Shown here: piece after piece, positions 41,500 to 56,400 of the stretch | How the letters are laid out: the number at the start of each line of letters is the position of its first letter | How positions within the stretch are numbered: the first letter of the stretch is position 1 | Assembly (NCBI RefSeq): GCF_009914755.1 | Contig: NC_060933.1 | Origin: the human T2T-CHM13v2.0 reference genome, Homo sapiens | Reading direction: 5' to 3' (one strand) | Length of the DNA: 64,000 nt | The notes under the pieces: model-generated | The model's input: the letters and a program-made list of their open reading frames with translations, nothing else | Told to the model about the DNA's origin: nothing | The model's database searches: none | Program-made: the position numbers and the translations under genes

Positions 41500-44400
41500 T
41501 AATGGAGAGTAAGGGAGTTGAATAGAATCAATCCGAATGTAATGGAATGGAATGCAACGGAATGGAATGGAATGGAATGGAATGGAATGCAATGGAATGG
41601 AATCAACCCGAGTACAATGGAATGGAATGGAATGGAATGGAATGGAATGGAATGGAATGGAATGGAATGGAATGATACGGAATAGAATGGAATGGAATGG
41701 AATGGAATGGAATGGAATGGAATGGAATCGTTCCGAGTGGAATAGGAGGGAATGTATTCGAGTGGAATGGAAAGGAATGGAATCAACCAGAGTGGAATGG
41801 AAGGGAATGGAATGGAATGGAAACTAATAGAATGGAATCAACCCGAGTGGAATGGAATGGAAAGGACTGGAATGGAATGGAATGGAATGGAATCAACTCG
41901 ATTGTAATGGAATGGAATGGAATGGAATGGAATGGAATTAACCCGAATACAATGGAATGGAATGGAATGGAATGGAATGGAGTGGAATGGAATGGAATCA
42001 ACCCGAGTGCAGGGGATTGGAATGGAATGGAATGTAATGGAATGGAATCATCCGGAATGGAATGGAATGGAATGGAATGGAATCAACCCGACTGCAGGGG
42101 AATGGAATGGAATGGAATGCAATGGAATGGATTCAACTTGAATGGAATGGAAAGAATGGAATCAACACGAGTGCAATGGCATGGATTGGAATGGAATGGA
42201 ATGGAATGGAATCAACCCGAGTACAGGGGAATGGAATGGAATGGAATGGAATGGAATGGAATGGAATGGAATGGAATCAACTCGATTGCAATCGAATGGA
42301 ATGGAATGGAATTAACCCGAATAGAATGGAAGGGAATGGAATGGAACGGAACGGAACGGAATGGAATGGATTGGAATGGAATGGAATGGAAAGGAATGGA
42401 ACGGAAAGGAATGGAATGGAATGGAATGGAATGGAATGGAATGGAATGGAATAGAATGGAATCAACGCGAGTGCAGGGGAATGGAATGGAATGGAATGTA
42501 ATGGAATGGAATCTTCCGGAATGGAATGGAATGGAATGGAATGGAATGGAATGCAATGGAATAATCCCGAGTGCAATGGAATGGAGTGGAATGGAATGGA
42601 ATGGAATGGAACAACCCGAATGCAATGGAATGTAATGGAGAGTAAGGGAGTTGAATAGAATCAATCCGAATGTAATGGAATGGAATGGAACGGAATGGAA
42701 TTGAATGGAATGGAATGGAATGCAATGGAATGGAATCAACCCGAGTGCAATGGAATGGAGAGGAATGGAATGGAATGGAATGGAATGGAAACTACCCGAA
42801 TGGAATGGAATGTAATGGAGTGTAAGGGAATTGAATAGAATCAATCCGAATGTAATGGAATGGAATGGAACGGAAGGGAATGGAATGGAATGGAATGGAA
42901 TGCAATGGAATGGAATCAACCCGAGTGCAATCGAATGGAATCGAATGGAATGGAATGCAATGGAATGGATTCAACTTGAATGGAATGGAAAGAATGGAAT
43001 CAACACGAGTGGAATGGCATGGATTGGAATGGAATGGAATGGAATCAACCCGAGTACAGAGGAATGGAATGGAATGGAATGCAATGGAATGGAATCATCC
43101 GTAATGGAATGGAAAGGAATGGAAGGGAATGGAATGGAATGGAATGGAATGGAATGGAATCAACTCGATTGCAATCGAATGGAATGGAATGGAATTAACC
43201 CGAACAGAATGGAATGGAATGGAATGGAACGGAACGGAATGGAATGGAATGGAATGGAATGGAATGGAATGGAATGGAACGGAACGGAACGGAAAGGAGC
43301 GGAATGGAATGGAATGGAATGGAATGGAATGGAATGGAATGGAATCAACGCGAGTGCAGGGAAATGGAATGGAATGGAATGCAATGGAATGGAATCTTCC
43401 GGAATGGAATGGAATGGAATGGAATGGAATGAAATGCAATGGATTCAACTCGATTGCAATGGAATGGAATAGAATGGAATGGAATGGAATGGAATTAACC
43501 CGAATAGAATGGAATGGAATGGAATGGAACGGAATGGAACGGAATGGAATGGAATGGAATGGAATGCAATGGAATGGTATGGAATAGAATGGAATGGTAC
43601 GGAATAGAATGGAATGGAACGAATTGTAATGGAATGGGATTGAATGGAATGGAATGGAATGGAATGGAATCAACGCGAGTGCATTGGAATGTAATGGAAC
43701 GGAATGCAATGGAATGGAATCATCCGGAATGGAATGGAATGGAATGGAATGGAATGGAATGGAATCAACCTGAGTGCAATGGAATGGAGTGGAATGGAAT
43801 GGAAAGGAATGGAACAACCCGAATGGAATGGAATGTAATGGAGAGTAAGGGAGTTGAATAGAATCAATCCGAATGTAATGGAATGGAATGCAACGGAATG
43901 GAATGGAATGGAATGGAATGGAATGCAATGGAATGGAATCAACCTGAGTACAATGGAATGCAATGGAATGGAATGGAATGGAATGGAATGGAATGGAATG
44001 GAATGGAATGCCTTCAAACCGAATGGAATGGAAAGGAGTGGAATCAACACGAGTGCAATGGAATGGAATGGAATGGAATGGAATGGAATGGAATGATACG
44101 GAATAGAATGGAATGGAACGAACTGGAATGGAATGGAATGGAATGGAATAGAATGGAATGGAATGGAATGGAATCGTTCCGAGTGGAATAGGAGGGAATG
44201 TATTCGAGTGGAAAGGAAAGGAATGGAGTCAACCAGAGTGGAATGGAAGGGAATGGAATGGAATGGAAACTAATAGAATGGAATCAACCCGAGTGGAATG
44301 GAATGGAAAGGACTGGAATGGAATGGAATGGAATGGAATCAACTCGATTGTAATGGAATGGAATGGAATGCAATGGAATGCAATGGAATGGAATCAACAC

Positions 44401-47400
44401 GAGCGCAGGGGAATGGAATGGAATCGAATGGAATGGAATGGAATGGAATGGAATCAACCCGAGTGTAGGGGAATGTAATGGAACGGAATGCAATGGAATG
44501 GAATCATCCGGAATGGAATGGAATGGAATGGAATGGAATCAACCCGAGTGCAATGGAATGGAGTGGAGTGGAATGGAATGGAATGGAACAACCCGAATGG
44601 AATGGAATGGAATGGAGAGTAAGGGAGTTGAAAAGAATCAATCCGAATGTAATGGAATGGAATGGAACGGAATGGAATGGAATGGAATGGAATGGAATGG
44701 AATGGAATGGAATCAACCCGAGTGCAATGGAATGGAGTGGAATGGAATGGAATGGAATGGAATGGAACAACCCGAATGGAATGGAATGTAATGGAGAGTA
44801 AGGGAGTTGAATAGAATCAATCCGAATGTAATGGAATGGAACGGAATGGAATGGAATGGAATGGAATGGAATGGAATGGAATGGAATGGAATGCAATGGA
44901 ATGGAATCAACCCGAGTACAATGGAACGGAATGGAATGGAATGGAATGGAATGGAATGGAATGGAATGGAATGGAATGGAATCAACCCGAGTGCAATGGA
45001 ATGGAGAGGAATGGAATGGAATGGATTGGAAACTACCCGAATGGAATGGAATGTAATGGAGTGTAAGGGAATTGAATAGAATCAATCCGAATGGAATGGA
45101 ATGGAACAGAATGTAATGTAATGGAATGGAATGGAATCAACCCGAGTGCAGGGGAATGGAATGGAATGGAATGCAATGGAATGGAATCATCCGGAATGGA
45201 ATGGAATGGAATGCAATGGAATGGAATGGAATGGAATCAACCCGAGTGCATTGGAATGTAAAGGAATGGAATGGAATGGAATGGAATGGAATGGAATGGA
45301 ATGGAACGGAATCAACGCGAGTGCAGGGGAATGGAATGTAATGGAATGCAATGGAATGGAATCTTCCGGAATGGAATGGAATGGAATGGAATAAACCCGA
45401 GTGCAATGGAATGGAGTGGAATGGAATGGAATGGAATGGAACAACCCGAATGGAATGGAATGTAATGGAGAGTAAGGCAGTTGAATAGAATCAATCCGAA
45501 TTTAATGGAATGGAAGGGAATGGAATGGAATGCAATGGAATGGAATCAACCCGAGTGCAATCGAATGGAATCGAATGGAATGGAATGCAATGGAATGGAT
45601 TCAACTTGAATGGAATGGAAAGAATGGAATCAACACGAGTGGAATGGGATGGATTGGAATGGAATGGAATGGAATCAACCCGATTACAGTGGAATGGAAT
45701 GGAATGGAATGCAATGGAATGCAATCATCCGTAATGGAATGGAAAGGAATGGAATGGAATGGAATGGAATGGAATGGAATGGAATCAACTCGATTGCAAT
45801 CGAATGGAATGGAATGGAATTAACCCGAATAGAATGGAATGGAATGGAATGGAACGGAAAGGAATGGAATGGAATGGAATGGAATGGAACGGAAAGGAAG
45901 GGAATGGAATGGAATAGAATGGAATGGAATGGAATCAACGCGAGTGCAGGGGAATGGAATGGAATGGAATGCAATGGAATGGAATCTTCCGGAATGGAAT
46001 GGAATGGAATGGAATGGAATGGAATGGAATGGAATCAACCCAAGTGCAATGGAATGGAGTGGAATGGAATGGAAAGGAATGGAACAACCCGCATGGAATG
46101 GAATGTAATGGAGAGTAAGGGAGTTGAATAGAATCAATCCGAATGTAATGGAATGGAATGGAACGGAATGGAATTGAATGAAATGGAATGGAATGCAATG
46201 GAATGGAATCAACCCGAGTGCAATGGAATGGAGAGGAATGGAATGGAATGGAATGGAAACTACGCGAATGGAATGGAATGTAATGGAGTGTAAGGGAATT
46301 GAATAGAATCAATCCGAATGTAATGGAATGGAATGGAACGGAATGGAATGGAATGGAATGGAATGGAATGGAATGCAATGGAATGGAATGAACCCGAGTG
46401 CAATCGAATGGAATCGAATGGAATGGAATGCAATGGAATGGATTCAACTTGAATGGAATGGAAAGAATGGAATCAACACGAGTGGAATGGCATGGATTGG
46501 AATGGAATGGAATGGAATCAACCCGAGTACAGGGGAATGGAATGGAATGGAATGCAATGGAATGGAATCATCCGTAATGGAATGGAAAGGAATGGAATGG
46601 AATGGAATGGAATGGAATGGAATGGAATGGAATCAACTCGATTGCAATCGAATGGAATGGAATGGAATTAACCCGAATAGAATGGAATGCAATGGAATGG
46701 AACGGAACGGAATGGAATGGAATGGAATGGAACGGAACGGAACGGAAAGGAATGGAATGGAATGGAATGGAATGGAATCAAGGCGACTGCAGGGGAATGG
46801 AATGGAATGGAATGCAATGGAATGGAATCTTCCGGAATGGAATGGAATGGAATGGAATGGAATGGAATGGAATGAAATGCAATGGATTCAACTCGATTGC
46901 AAAGGAATGGAATAGAATGGAATGGAATGGAATGGAATGGAATTAATCCGAATAGAATGGAATGGAATGGAATGGAACGGAATGGAACGGAATGGAATGG
47001 AATGGAATGGAATGGAATGGAATGGTATGGAATGGAATGGAATGGTACGGAATAGAATGGAATGGAACGAATTGTAATGGAATGGAATTGAGTGGAATGG
47101 AATGGAATGGAATGGAATCAACGCGAGAGCAGGTGAATGTAATGGAACTGAATGCAATGGAATGGAATCATCCGGAATGGAATGGAATGGAATGGAATGG
47201 AATGGAAGAAACCCGAGTGCAATGGAATGCAGTGGAATGGAATGGAATGGAATGGAACAACCCGAATGGAATGGAATGTAATGCAGAGTAAGGGAGTTGA
47301 ATAGAATCAATCCGAATGTAATGGAATGGAATGCAACGGAATGGAATGGAATGGAATGGAATGGAATGCAATGGAATGGAATCAACCCGAGTACAATGGA

Positions 47401-50400
47401 ATGGAATGGAATGGAATGGAATGGAATGGAATGGAATGGAATGGAATGATACGGAATAGAATGGAATGGAACGAAATGGAATGGAATGGAATGTAATGGA
47501 ATGGAATGGAATGGAATGGAATGGAATCATTCCGAGTGGAATAGGAGGGAATGTATTCGAGTGGAATGGAAAGGAATGGAATCAACCAGAGTGGAATGGA
47601 AGGGAATGGAATGGAATGGAAACTAATAGAATGGAATCAACCCGAGTGGAATGGAATGGAAAGGACTGGAATGGAATGGAATGGAATGGAATCAACTCGA
47701 TTGTAATGGAATGGAATGGAATGGAATGGAATGGAATGGAATGGAATGGAATTAACCCGAATACAATGGAATGGAATGGAATGGAACGGAATGGAGTGGA
47801 ATGGAATGGAATCAACCCGAGTGAAGGGGATTGGAATGGAATGGAAATCAATGGAATGGAATCATCCGGAATGGAATGGAATGGAATGGAATGGAATCAA
47901 CCCGACTGCAGGGGAATGGAATGGAATGGAATCCAATGGAATGGATTCAACTTGAATGGAATGGAAAGAATGGAATCAACACGAGTGGAATGGCATGGAT
48001 TGGAATGGAATGGAATGGAATGGAATCAACCCGACTACAGGGGAATGGAATGGAATGGAATGCAATGGAATGGAATCATCCGAAATGGAATGGAAAGGAA
48101 TGGAATGGAATGGAATGGAATGGAATGGAATGGAATGGAATCAACTCGATTGCAATCTAATGGAATGGAATGGAATTAACCCGAATAGAATGGAAGGGAA
48201 TGGAATGGAACGGAACGGAACGGAATGGAATGGATTGGAATGGAATGGAATGGAAAGGAATGGAACGGAAAGGAATGGAATGGAATGGAATGGAATGGAA
48301 TGGAATGGAATAGAATGGAATCAACGCGAGTGCAGGGGAATGGAATGGAATGGAATGCAATGGAATGGAATCTTCCGGAATGGAATGGAATGGAATGGAA
48401 TTGAATGGAATGCAATGGAATAATCCCGAGTGCAATGGAATGGAGTGGAATGGAATGGAATGGAATGGAACAACCCGAATGGAATGGAATGTAATGGAGA
48501 GTAAAGGAGTTGAATAGAATCAATCCGAATGTAATGGAATGGAATGGAACGGAATGGAATTGAATGGAATGGAATGGAATGCAATGGAATGGAATCAACC
48601 CGAGTGCAATGGAATGGAGAGGAATGGAATGGAATGGAATGGAAACTACCCGAATGGAATGGAATGTAATGGAGTGTAAGGGAATTGAATAGAATCAATC
48701 CGAATGTAATGGAATGGAATGGAACGGAATGGAATGGAATGGAATGGAATGGAATGCAATGGAATGGAATCAACCCGAGTGCAATCGAATGGAATCGAAT
48801 GGAATGGAATGCAATGGAATGGATTCAACTTGAATGGAATGGAAAGAATGGAATCAACACGAGTGGAATGGCATGGATTGGAATGGAATGGAATGGAATC
48901 AACCCGAGTACAGAGGAATGGAATGGAATGGAATGCAATGGAATGGAATCATCCGTAATGGAATGGAAAGGAATGGAATGGAATGGAATGGAATGGAATG
49001 GAATGGAATCAACTCGATTGCAATCGAATGGAATGGAATGGAATTAACCCGAACAGAATGGAATGGAATGGAATGGAACGGAACGGAATGGAATGGAATG
49101 GAATGGAATGGAATGGAATGGAATGGAATGGAACGGAACGGAACGGAAAGGAAAGGAATGGAATGGAATGGAATGGAATGGAATGGAATGGAATGGAATG
49201 GAATCAACGCGAGTGCAGGGGAATGGAATGGAATGGAATGCAATGGAATGGAGTCTTCCGGAATGGAATGGAATGGAATGGAATGGAATGGAATGGAATG
49301 AAATGCCATGGATTCAACTCGATTGCAATGGAATGGAATAGAATGGAATGGAATGGAATGGAATTAACCCGAATAGAATGGAATGGAATGGAATGGAACG
49401 GAATGGAACGGAATGGAATGGAATGGAATGGAATGCAATGGAATGGTATGGAATGGAATGGAATGGTACGGAATAGAATGGAATGGAACGAATTGTAATG
49501 GAATGGAATTGAATGGAATGGAATGGAATGGAATGGAATCAACGCGAGTGCATTGGAATGTAACGGAACGGAATGCAATGGAATGGATTCATCCGGAATG
49601 GAATGGAATGGAATGGAATGGAATCAAACCGAGTGCAATGGAATGGAGTGGAATGGAATGGAATGGAATGGAACAACCCTAATGGAATGGAATGTAATGG
49701 AGAGTAAGGGAGTTGAATAGAATCAATCCGAATGCAATGGAATGGAATGCAACGGAATGGAATGGAATGGAATGGAATGGAATGGAATGGAATGGAATGC
49801 AATGGAATGGAATCAACCTGAGTACAATGGAAAGTAATGGAATGGAATGGAATGGAATGGAATGGAATGCCTTCAAACCGAATGGAATGGAAAGGAGTGG
49901 AATCAACACGAGTGGAATGGAATGGAATGGAATGGAATGGAATGGAATCATACGGAATAGAATGGAATGGAACGAAATGGAATGGAATGGAATGGAATGG
50001 AATAGAATGGAATGGAATGGAATGGAATCGTTCCGAGTGGAATAGGAGGGAATGTATTCGAGTGGAAAGGAAAGGAATGGAATCAACCAGAGTGGAATGG
50101 AAGGGAATGGAATGGAATGGAAACTAATAGAATGGAATCAACCCGAGTGGAATGGAATGGAAAGGACTGGAATGGAAAGGAATGGAATGGAATGGAATGG
50201 AATGGAATGGAATGGAATGGAATCAACACGAGTGCAGGGGAATGGAATGGAATCGAATGGAATGGAATGGAATGGAATGGAATCAACCCGAGTGCAGGGG
50301 AATGTAATGGAACGGAATGCAATGGAATGGAATCATCCGGAATGGAATGGAATGGAATCAACCCGAGTGCAATGGAATGGAGTGGAATGGAATGGAATGG

Positions 50401-50470
50401 AATGGAACAACCCGAATGGAATGGAATGTAATGGAGAGTAAGGGAGTTGAAAAGAATCAATCCGAATGTA
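41500..50470 (+). repeat. Older duplication: ~41.5-44.65 kb is repeated at ~47.3-50.47 kb (offset ~5.8-5.87 kb)
   Basis: Rare words are shared in the same order: GGGGATTGG, ATAATCCCGAG (42561/48420), GTACAGAGG, CCGAACAGAAT, GTGCATTGG, AAAGGAGTGGAATCAACAC and GAGTGGAAAGGAAAGG. ORF-track offsets of 5854 are seen (42831/48685, 44158/50012). Confidence 0.85.
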
Positions 50471-53400
50471 ATGGAATGGAATGGAACGGAATGGAATGGA
50501 ATGGAATGGAATGGAATGGAATGGAATGCAATGGAATGGAATAAACCCGAGTACAATGGAATGGAATGGAATGGAATGGAACGGAATGGAATGGAATGGA
50601 ATGCAATGGAATGGAATCTTCCGGAATGGAATGGAATGGAATGGAATGGAATGGAATGGAATGCAATGGATTCAACTCGATTGCAATGGAATGGAATAGA
50701 ATGGAATGGAATGGAATGGAATGGAATTAAACCGAATAGAATGGAATGGAATGGAATGGAACGGAATGGAACGGAACGGAACGGAACGGAGTGGAATGGA
50801 ATGGAATGGAATTGTATGGAATGGAATGGAATGGTATGGAATAGAATGGAATGGAATGAATTGGAATGGAATAGAATCGAATGGAATGGAATGGAATGGA
50901 ATGGAATCAACCCGAGTGCAGGGGACTGTAATGGAACGGAATGCAATGGAATGGAATCATCCGGAATGGAATGGAATGGAATGGAATGGTATGGAATGGA
51001 ATGGAATCAACCCGAGTGCAATGGAATGGAGTGGAATGGAATGGAATGGAATGGAACAACCCGAATGGAATGGAATGTAATGGAGAGTAAGGGAGTTGAA
51101 TAGAATCAATCCGAATGTAATGGAATGGAACGGAATAGAATGGAATGGAATGGAATGGAATGGAATGGAATGGAATGGAATGGAATGCAATGGAATGGAA
51201 TCAACCCGAGTACAATGGAACGGAATGTAATGTAATGTAATGGAATGGAATGGAATGGAATGGAATGGAATGGAATGGAATCAACCCGAGAGCAGGGGAA
51301 TGGAGTGAAATGGAATGGAATGGAATGGAAACTACCCGAATGGAATGTAATGTAATGGAGTGTAAGGGAATTGAATAGAATCAATCCTAATGGAATGGAA
51401 TGGAATGGAATGGAATGGAATGGAATCAACCCGAGTGCAGGGGAATGGAATGGAATGGAATGCAATGGAATGGAATCTTCCGGAATGGAATGGAATGGAA
51501 TGGAATGGAATCAACCCGAGTGAAATGGAATGGAGTGGAATGGAATGGAATGGAATGGAACAACCCGAATGGAATGGAATGTAATGGAGAGTAAGGGAGT
51601 TGAAAAGAATCAATCCGAATGTAATGTAATGGAATGGAACGGAACGGAATGGAATGGAATGGAATGGAATGGAATGGAATGGAATGGAATGCAATGGAAT
51701 GGAATCAACCCGAGTGCAATCGAATGGAATCGAATGGAATGGAATGCAATGGAATGGATTCAACTTGAATGGAATGGAAAGAATGGAATCAACACGAGTG
51801 GAATGGCATGGATTGGAATGGAATGGATTGGAATCAACCCGAGTAAAGGGGAATGGAATGGAATGGAATGCAATGGAATGGAATCATCCTTAATGGAATG
51901 GAAAGGAATGGAATGGAATGGAATGGAATGGAATGGAATGGAATGGAATCAACTCGATTACAATCTAATGGAATGGAATGGAATTAACCCGAATAGAATG
52001 GAATGGAATTTAATGGAACGGAACGGAATGGAATGGAATGGAATGGAATGGAATGGAACGGAACGGAATGGAATGGAATGGAATGGAATGGAATGGAATC
52101 AACGCGAGTGCAGGAGAATGGAATGGAATGGAATGCAATGGAATGGAAACTTCCGGAATGGAATGTCATGGAATGGAATGGAATGAAATGCAATGGATTC
52201 AACTCGATTGCAATGGAATGGAATAGAATGGAATGGAATGGAATGGAATGGAATGGAATTAACCCGAATAGAATTGAATGGAATGGAATGGAAAGGAATG
52301 GAACAGAATGGAATGGAATGGAATGGAATGGAATGGAATGGTATGGAATGGAATGGAATGGTACGGAATAGAATCGAATGGAATGAATTGTAATGGAATG
52401 GAATTGAACGGAATGGAATGGAATGGAATAGAATCAACGCGAGTGCAGGGGAATGTAATGGAACGGAATGCAATGGAATGGAATCATCCGTAAAGGAATG
52501 GAAAGGAATGGAATGGAATGGAATGGAATGGATTGGAAAGGAATCAACTCGATTGCAATCGAATGGAATGGAATGGAATTAACCCGAATAGAATGGAATG
52601 GAATGGAATGGAATGGAACGGAACGGAATGGAATGGATTGGAATGGAATGGAATGGAATGGAATGGAATGGAATGGAACGGAAAGGAATGGAATGGAATG
52701 GAATGCAATGGAATGGAATATTCCGGAATGGAATGGAATGGAATGCAATGGAATGGAATGGAATGGAATGAACCCGAGTGCAATGGAATGGAGTGGAATG
52801 GAATGGAATGGAATGGAACAACCCGAATGGAATGGAATGTAATGGAGAGTAAGGGAGTTGAATAGAATCAATCCGAATGTAATGGAATGGAATGGAAGGG
52901 AATGGAATAAAATGGAATGGAATGGAATGGAATGGAATGCAATGGAATGGAATCAACCCGAGTGCAAACGAATGGAATCGAATGGAATGGAATGCAATGG
53001 AATGGACTCAACTTGAATGGAATGGAAAGAATGGAATCAACACGAGTGGAATGGCATGGATTAGAATAGAATGGAATGGAATCAATCCGAGTACATGGGA
53101 ATGGAATGGAATGGAATGCAATGGAATGGAATCATCCGTAATGGAATGGAAAGGAATGGAATGGAATGGAATGGAATGGAATGGAATGGAATCAACTCGA
53201 TTGCAATCCAATGGAATGGAATGGAATTAACCCGAATAGAATGGAATGGAATGGAATGGAACGGAACGGAATGGAATGGAATGGAATTGAATTGAATGGA
53301 ATGGAATGGAACGGAACGGAATGGAATGGAATGGAATGGAATGGAATGGAATCAACGCGAGTGCAGGGGAATGGAATGGAATGGAATGCAATGGAATGGA

Positions 53401-56400
53401 ATCATCCGGAATGGAATGGAATGGAATGGAATGGAATGGAATCAACCCGAGTGCAATGGAATGGAGTGGAATGGAATGGAATGGAATGGAACAACCCGAA
53501 TGGAATGGAATGTAATGGAGAGTAAGGGAGTTGAATAGAATCAATCCGAATGTAATGGAATGGAATGCAACGGAATGGAATGGAACGGAATGCAATGGAA
53601 CGGAATGGAATGGAATGGAATGGAATGGAATGGAATGGAATGGAATGGAATGCAATGGAATGGAATCAACCCGAGTACAATGGAATGGAATGGAATGGAA
53701 TGGAACGGAATGGAATGGAATGGAATGCAATGGAATGGAATCTTCCGGAACGGAATGGAATGGAATGGAATGGAATGGAATGGAATGCAATGGATTCAAC
53801 TCGATTGCAATGGAATGGAATAGAATGGAATGGAATGGAATGGAATGGAATTAAACCGAATAGAATGGAATGGAATGGAATGGAACGGAACGGAACGGAA
53901 CGGAACGGAACGGAGTGGAATGGAATGGAATGGAATTGTATGGAATGGAATGGAATGGTACGGAATAGAATGGAATGGAAAGAATTGGAATGGAATGGAA
54001 TCGAATGGAATGGAATGGAATGGAATGCAATCAACCCGAGTGCAGGGGTATGTAATGGAACGGAATGCAATGGAATGGAATCATCCGGAATGGAATGGAA
54101 TGGAATGGAATGGAATGGAATGGAATGGAATGGAATCAACCCGAGTGCAATGGAATGGAGTGGAATGGAATGGAATGGAATGGAACAACCCAAATGGAAT
54201 GGAATGTAATGGAGAGTAAGGGAGTTGAATAGAATCAATCCGAATGTAATGGAATGGAAAGGAATGGAATGGAATGGAATGGAATGGAATGGAATGCAAT
54301 GGAATGGAATCAACCCGAGTACAATGGAACGGAATGTAATGTAATGTAATGTAATGGAATGGAATGGAATGGAATGGAAGGGAATCAACCCGAGTGCAAT
54401 GGAATGGAGAGGAATGGAATGGAATGGAATGGAAACTACCCAAATGGAATGGAATGTAATGGAGTGTAAGGGAATTGAATAGAATCAATCCGAAAGGAAT
54501 GGAATGGAATGGAACGGAATGTAATGGAATGGAATGGAATGGAATCAACCCGAGTGCAGAGGAATGGAATGGAATGGAATGCAATGGAATGGAATCATCC
54601 GGAATGGAATGGAATGGAATGCAATGGAATGGAATGGAATGGAATCAACCCGAGTGTAATGGAATGGAGTGAAATGGAATGGAATGGAATGGAGACAACA
54701 AGAATGGATTGGAATATAATGGAGTGTAAGGGAATTGAATAGAATCAATCTGAATGTAATGAAATGGAATGGAACGGAATGGAATGGAATGGAATGGAAT
54801 GGAATGGAATGGAATTTAATGGAATGCAATGGAATGCAATCAACCCGAGTGCAATCGAATGGAATCGAATGGAATGGAATGCAATGGAATGGATTCAACT
54901 TGAATGGAATGGAAAGAATGGAATCAACACGAGTGGAATGGCATGGATTGGAATGGAATGGAATGGAATCAACCCGAGTACAGGGGAATGGAATGGAATG
55001 GAATGCAATGGAATGGAATCATCCGCAATGGAATGGAAAGGAATGGAATGGAATGGAATGGAATGGAATAGAATGGAGTCAACTCGATTGCAATCGAATG
55101 GAATGGAATGGAATTAACCCGAATAGAATGGAATGGAATGGAATGGAACGGAACGGAATGGAATGGAATGGAATGGAATGGAATGGAACGGAACGGAAAG
55201 GAAGGGAATGGAATGGAATAGAATGGAATGGAATGGAATCAACCCGAGTACAGCGGAATGGAATGGAATGGAATGCAATTTAATGGAATCTTCCGGAATG
55301 GAATCGAATGGAGTGGAATGGAATGGAATCAACCCGAGTGCAATGGAATGGAGTGGAATGGAATGGAATGGAATGGAACAACCCGAATGGAATGGAATGT
55401 AATGGAGAGTAAGGGAGTTGAATAGAATCAATCCGAATGTAATGGAATGGAATGGAACGGAATGGAATTGAATGGAATGGAATGGAATGCAATGGAATGG
55501 AATCAACCCGAGTGCAATGGAATGGAGAGGAATGGAATGGAATGGAATGGAAACTAACCGAATGGAATGGAATGTAATGGAGTGTAAGGGAATTGAATAG
55601 AATCAATCCGAATGTAATGGAATGGAATGGAACGGAATGGAATGGAATGGAATGGAATGGAATGGAATGCAATGGAATGGATTCAACTTGAATGGAATGG
55701 AAAGAATGGAATCAACACGAGTGGAATGGCATGGATTGGAATGGAATCAACCCGAGTACAGGGGAATGGAATGGAATGGAATGCAATGGAATGGAATGGA
55801 ATGCAATGGAATGGAATCATCCGTAATGGAATGGAAAGGAATGGAATGGAATGGAATGGAATCGAATGGAATGGAATGGAATCAACTCGATTGCAATCGA
55901 ATGGAATGGAATGGAATTAACCCGAATAGAATGGAATGGAATGGAATGGAACGGAATGGAATGGAATGGAATGGAATGGAATGGAATGGAACGGAACGGA
56001 ACGGAACGCAATGGAATGGAATGGAATGGAATGGAATCAACGCGAGTGCAGGGGAATGGAATGGAATGGAATGCAATGGAATGGAATCATCCGGAATGGA
56101 ATGGAATGGAATGGAATGCAAAGCAATGGAATCAACTCGATTGCAATGGAATGGAATGGAATGGAAAGGAATACATTGGAATCAAACCGAGTGGAATGGA
56201 ATGGAAAGGACTGGAATGGAGTGGAATGGAATGGAATGGAATGGAATGAAATCAACTCGATTGGAATGGAATGGAATGCAATGGAATGGAATCATCCGTA
56301 ATGGAATGGAAAGGAATGGAATGGAATGGAATGGAATGGAATGGAATCAACTCGATTGCAATCGAATGGAATGGAATGGAATTAACCCGAATAGAATGGA

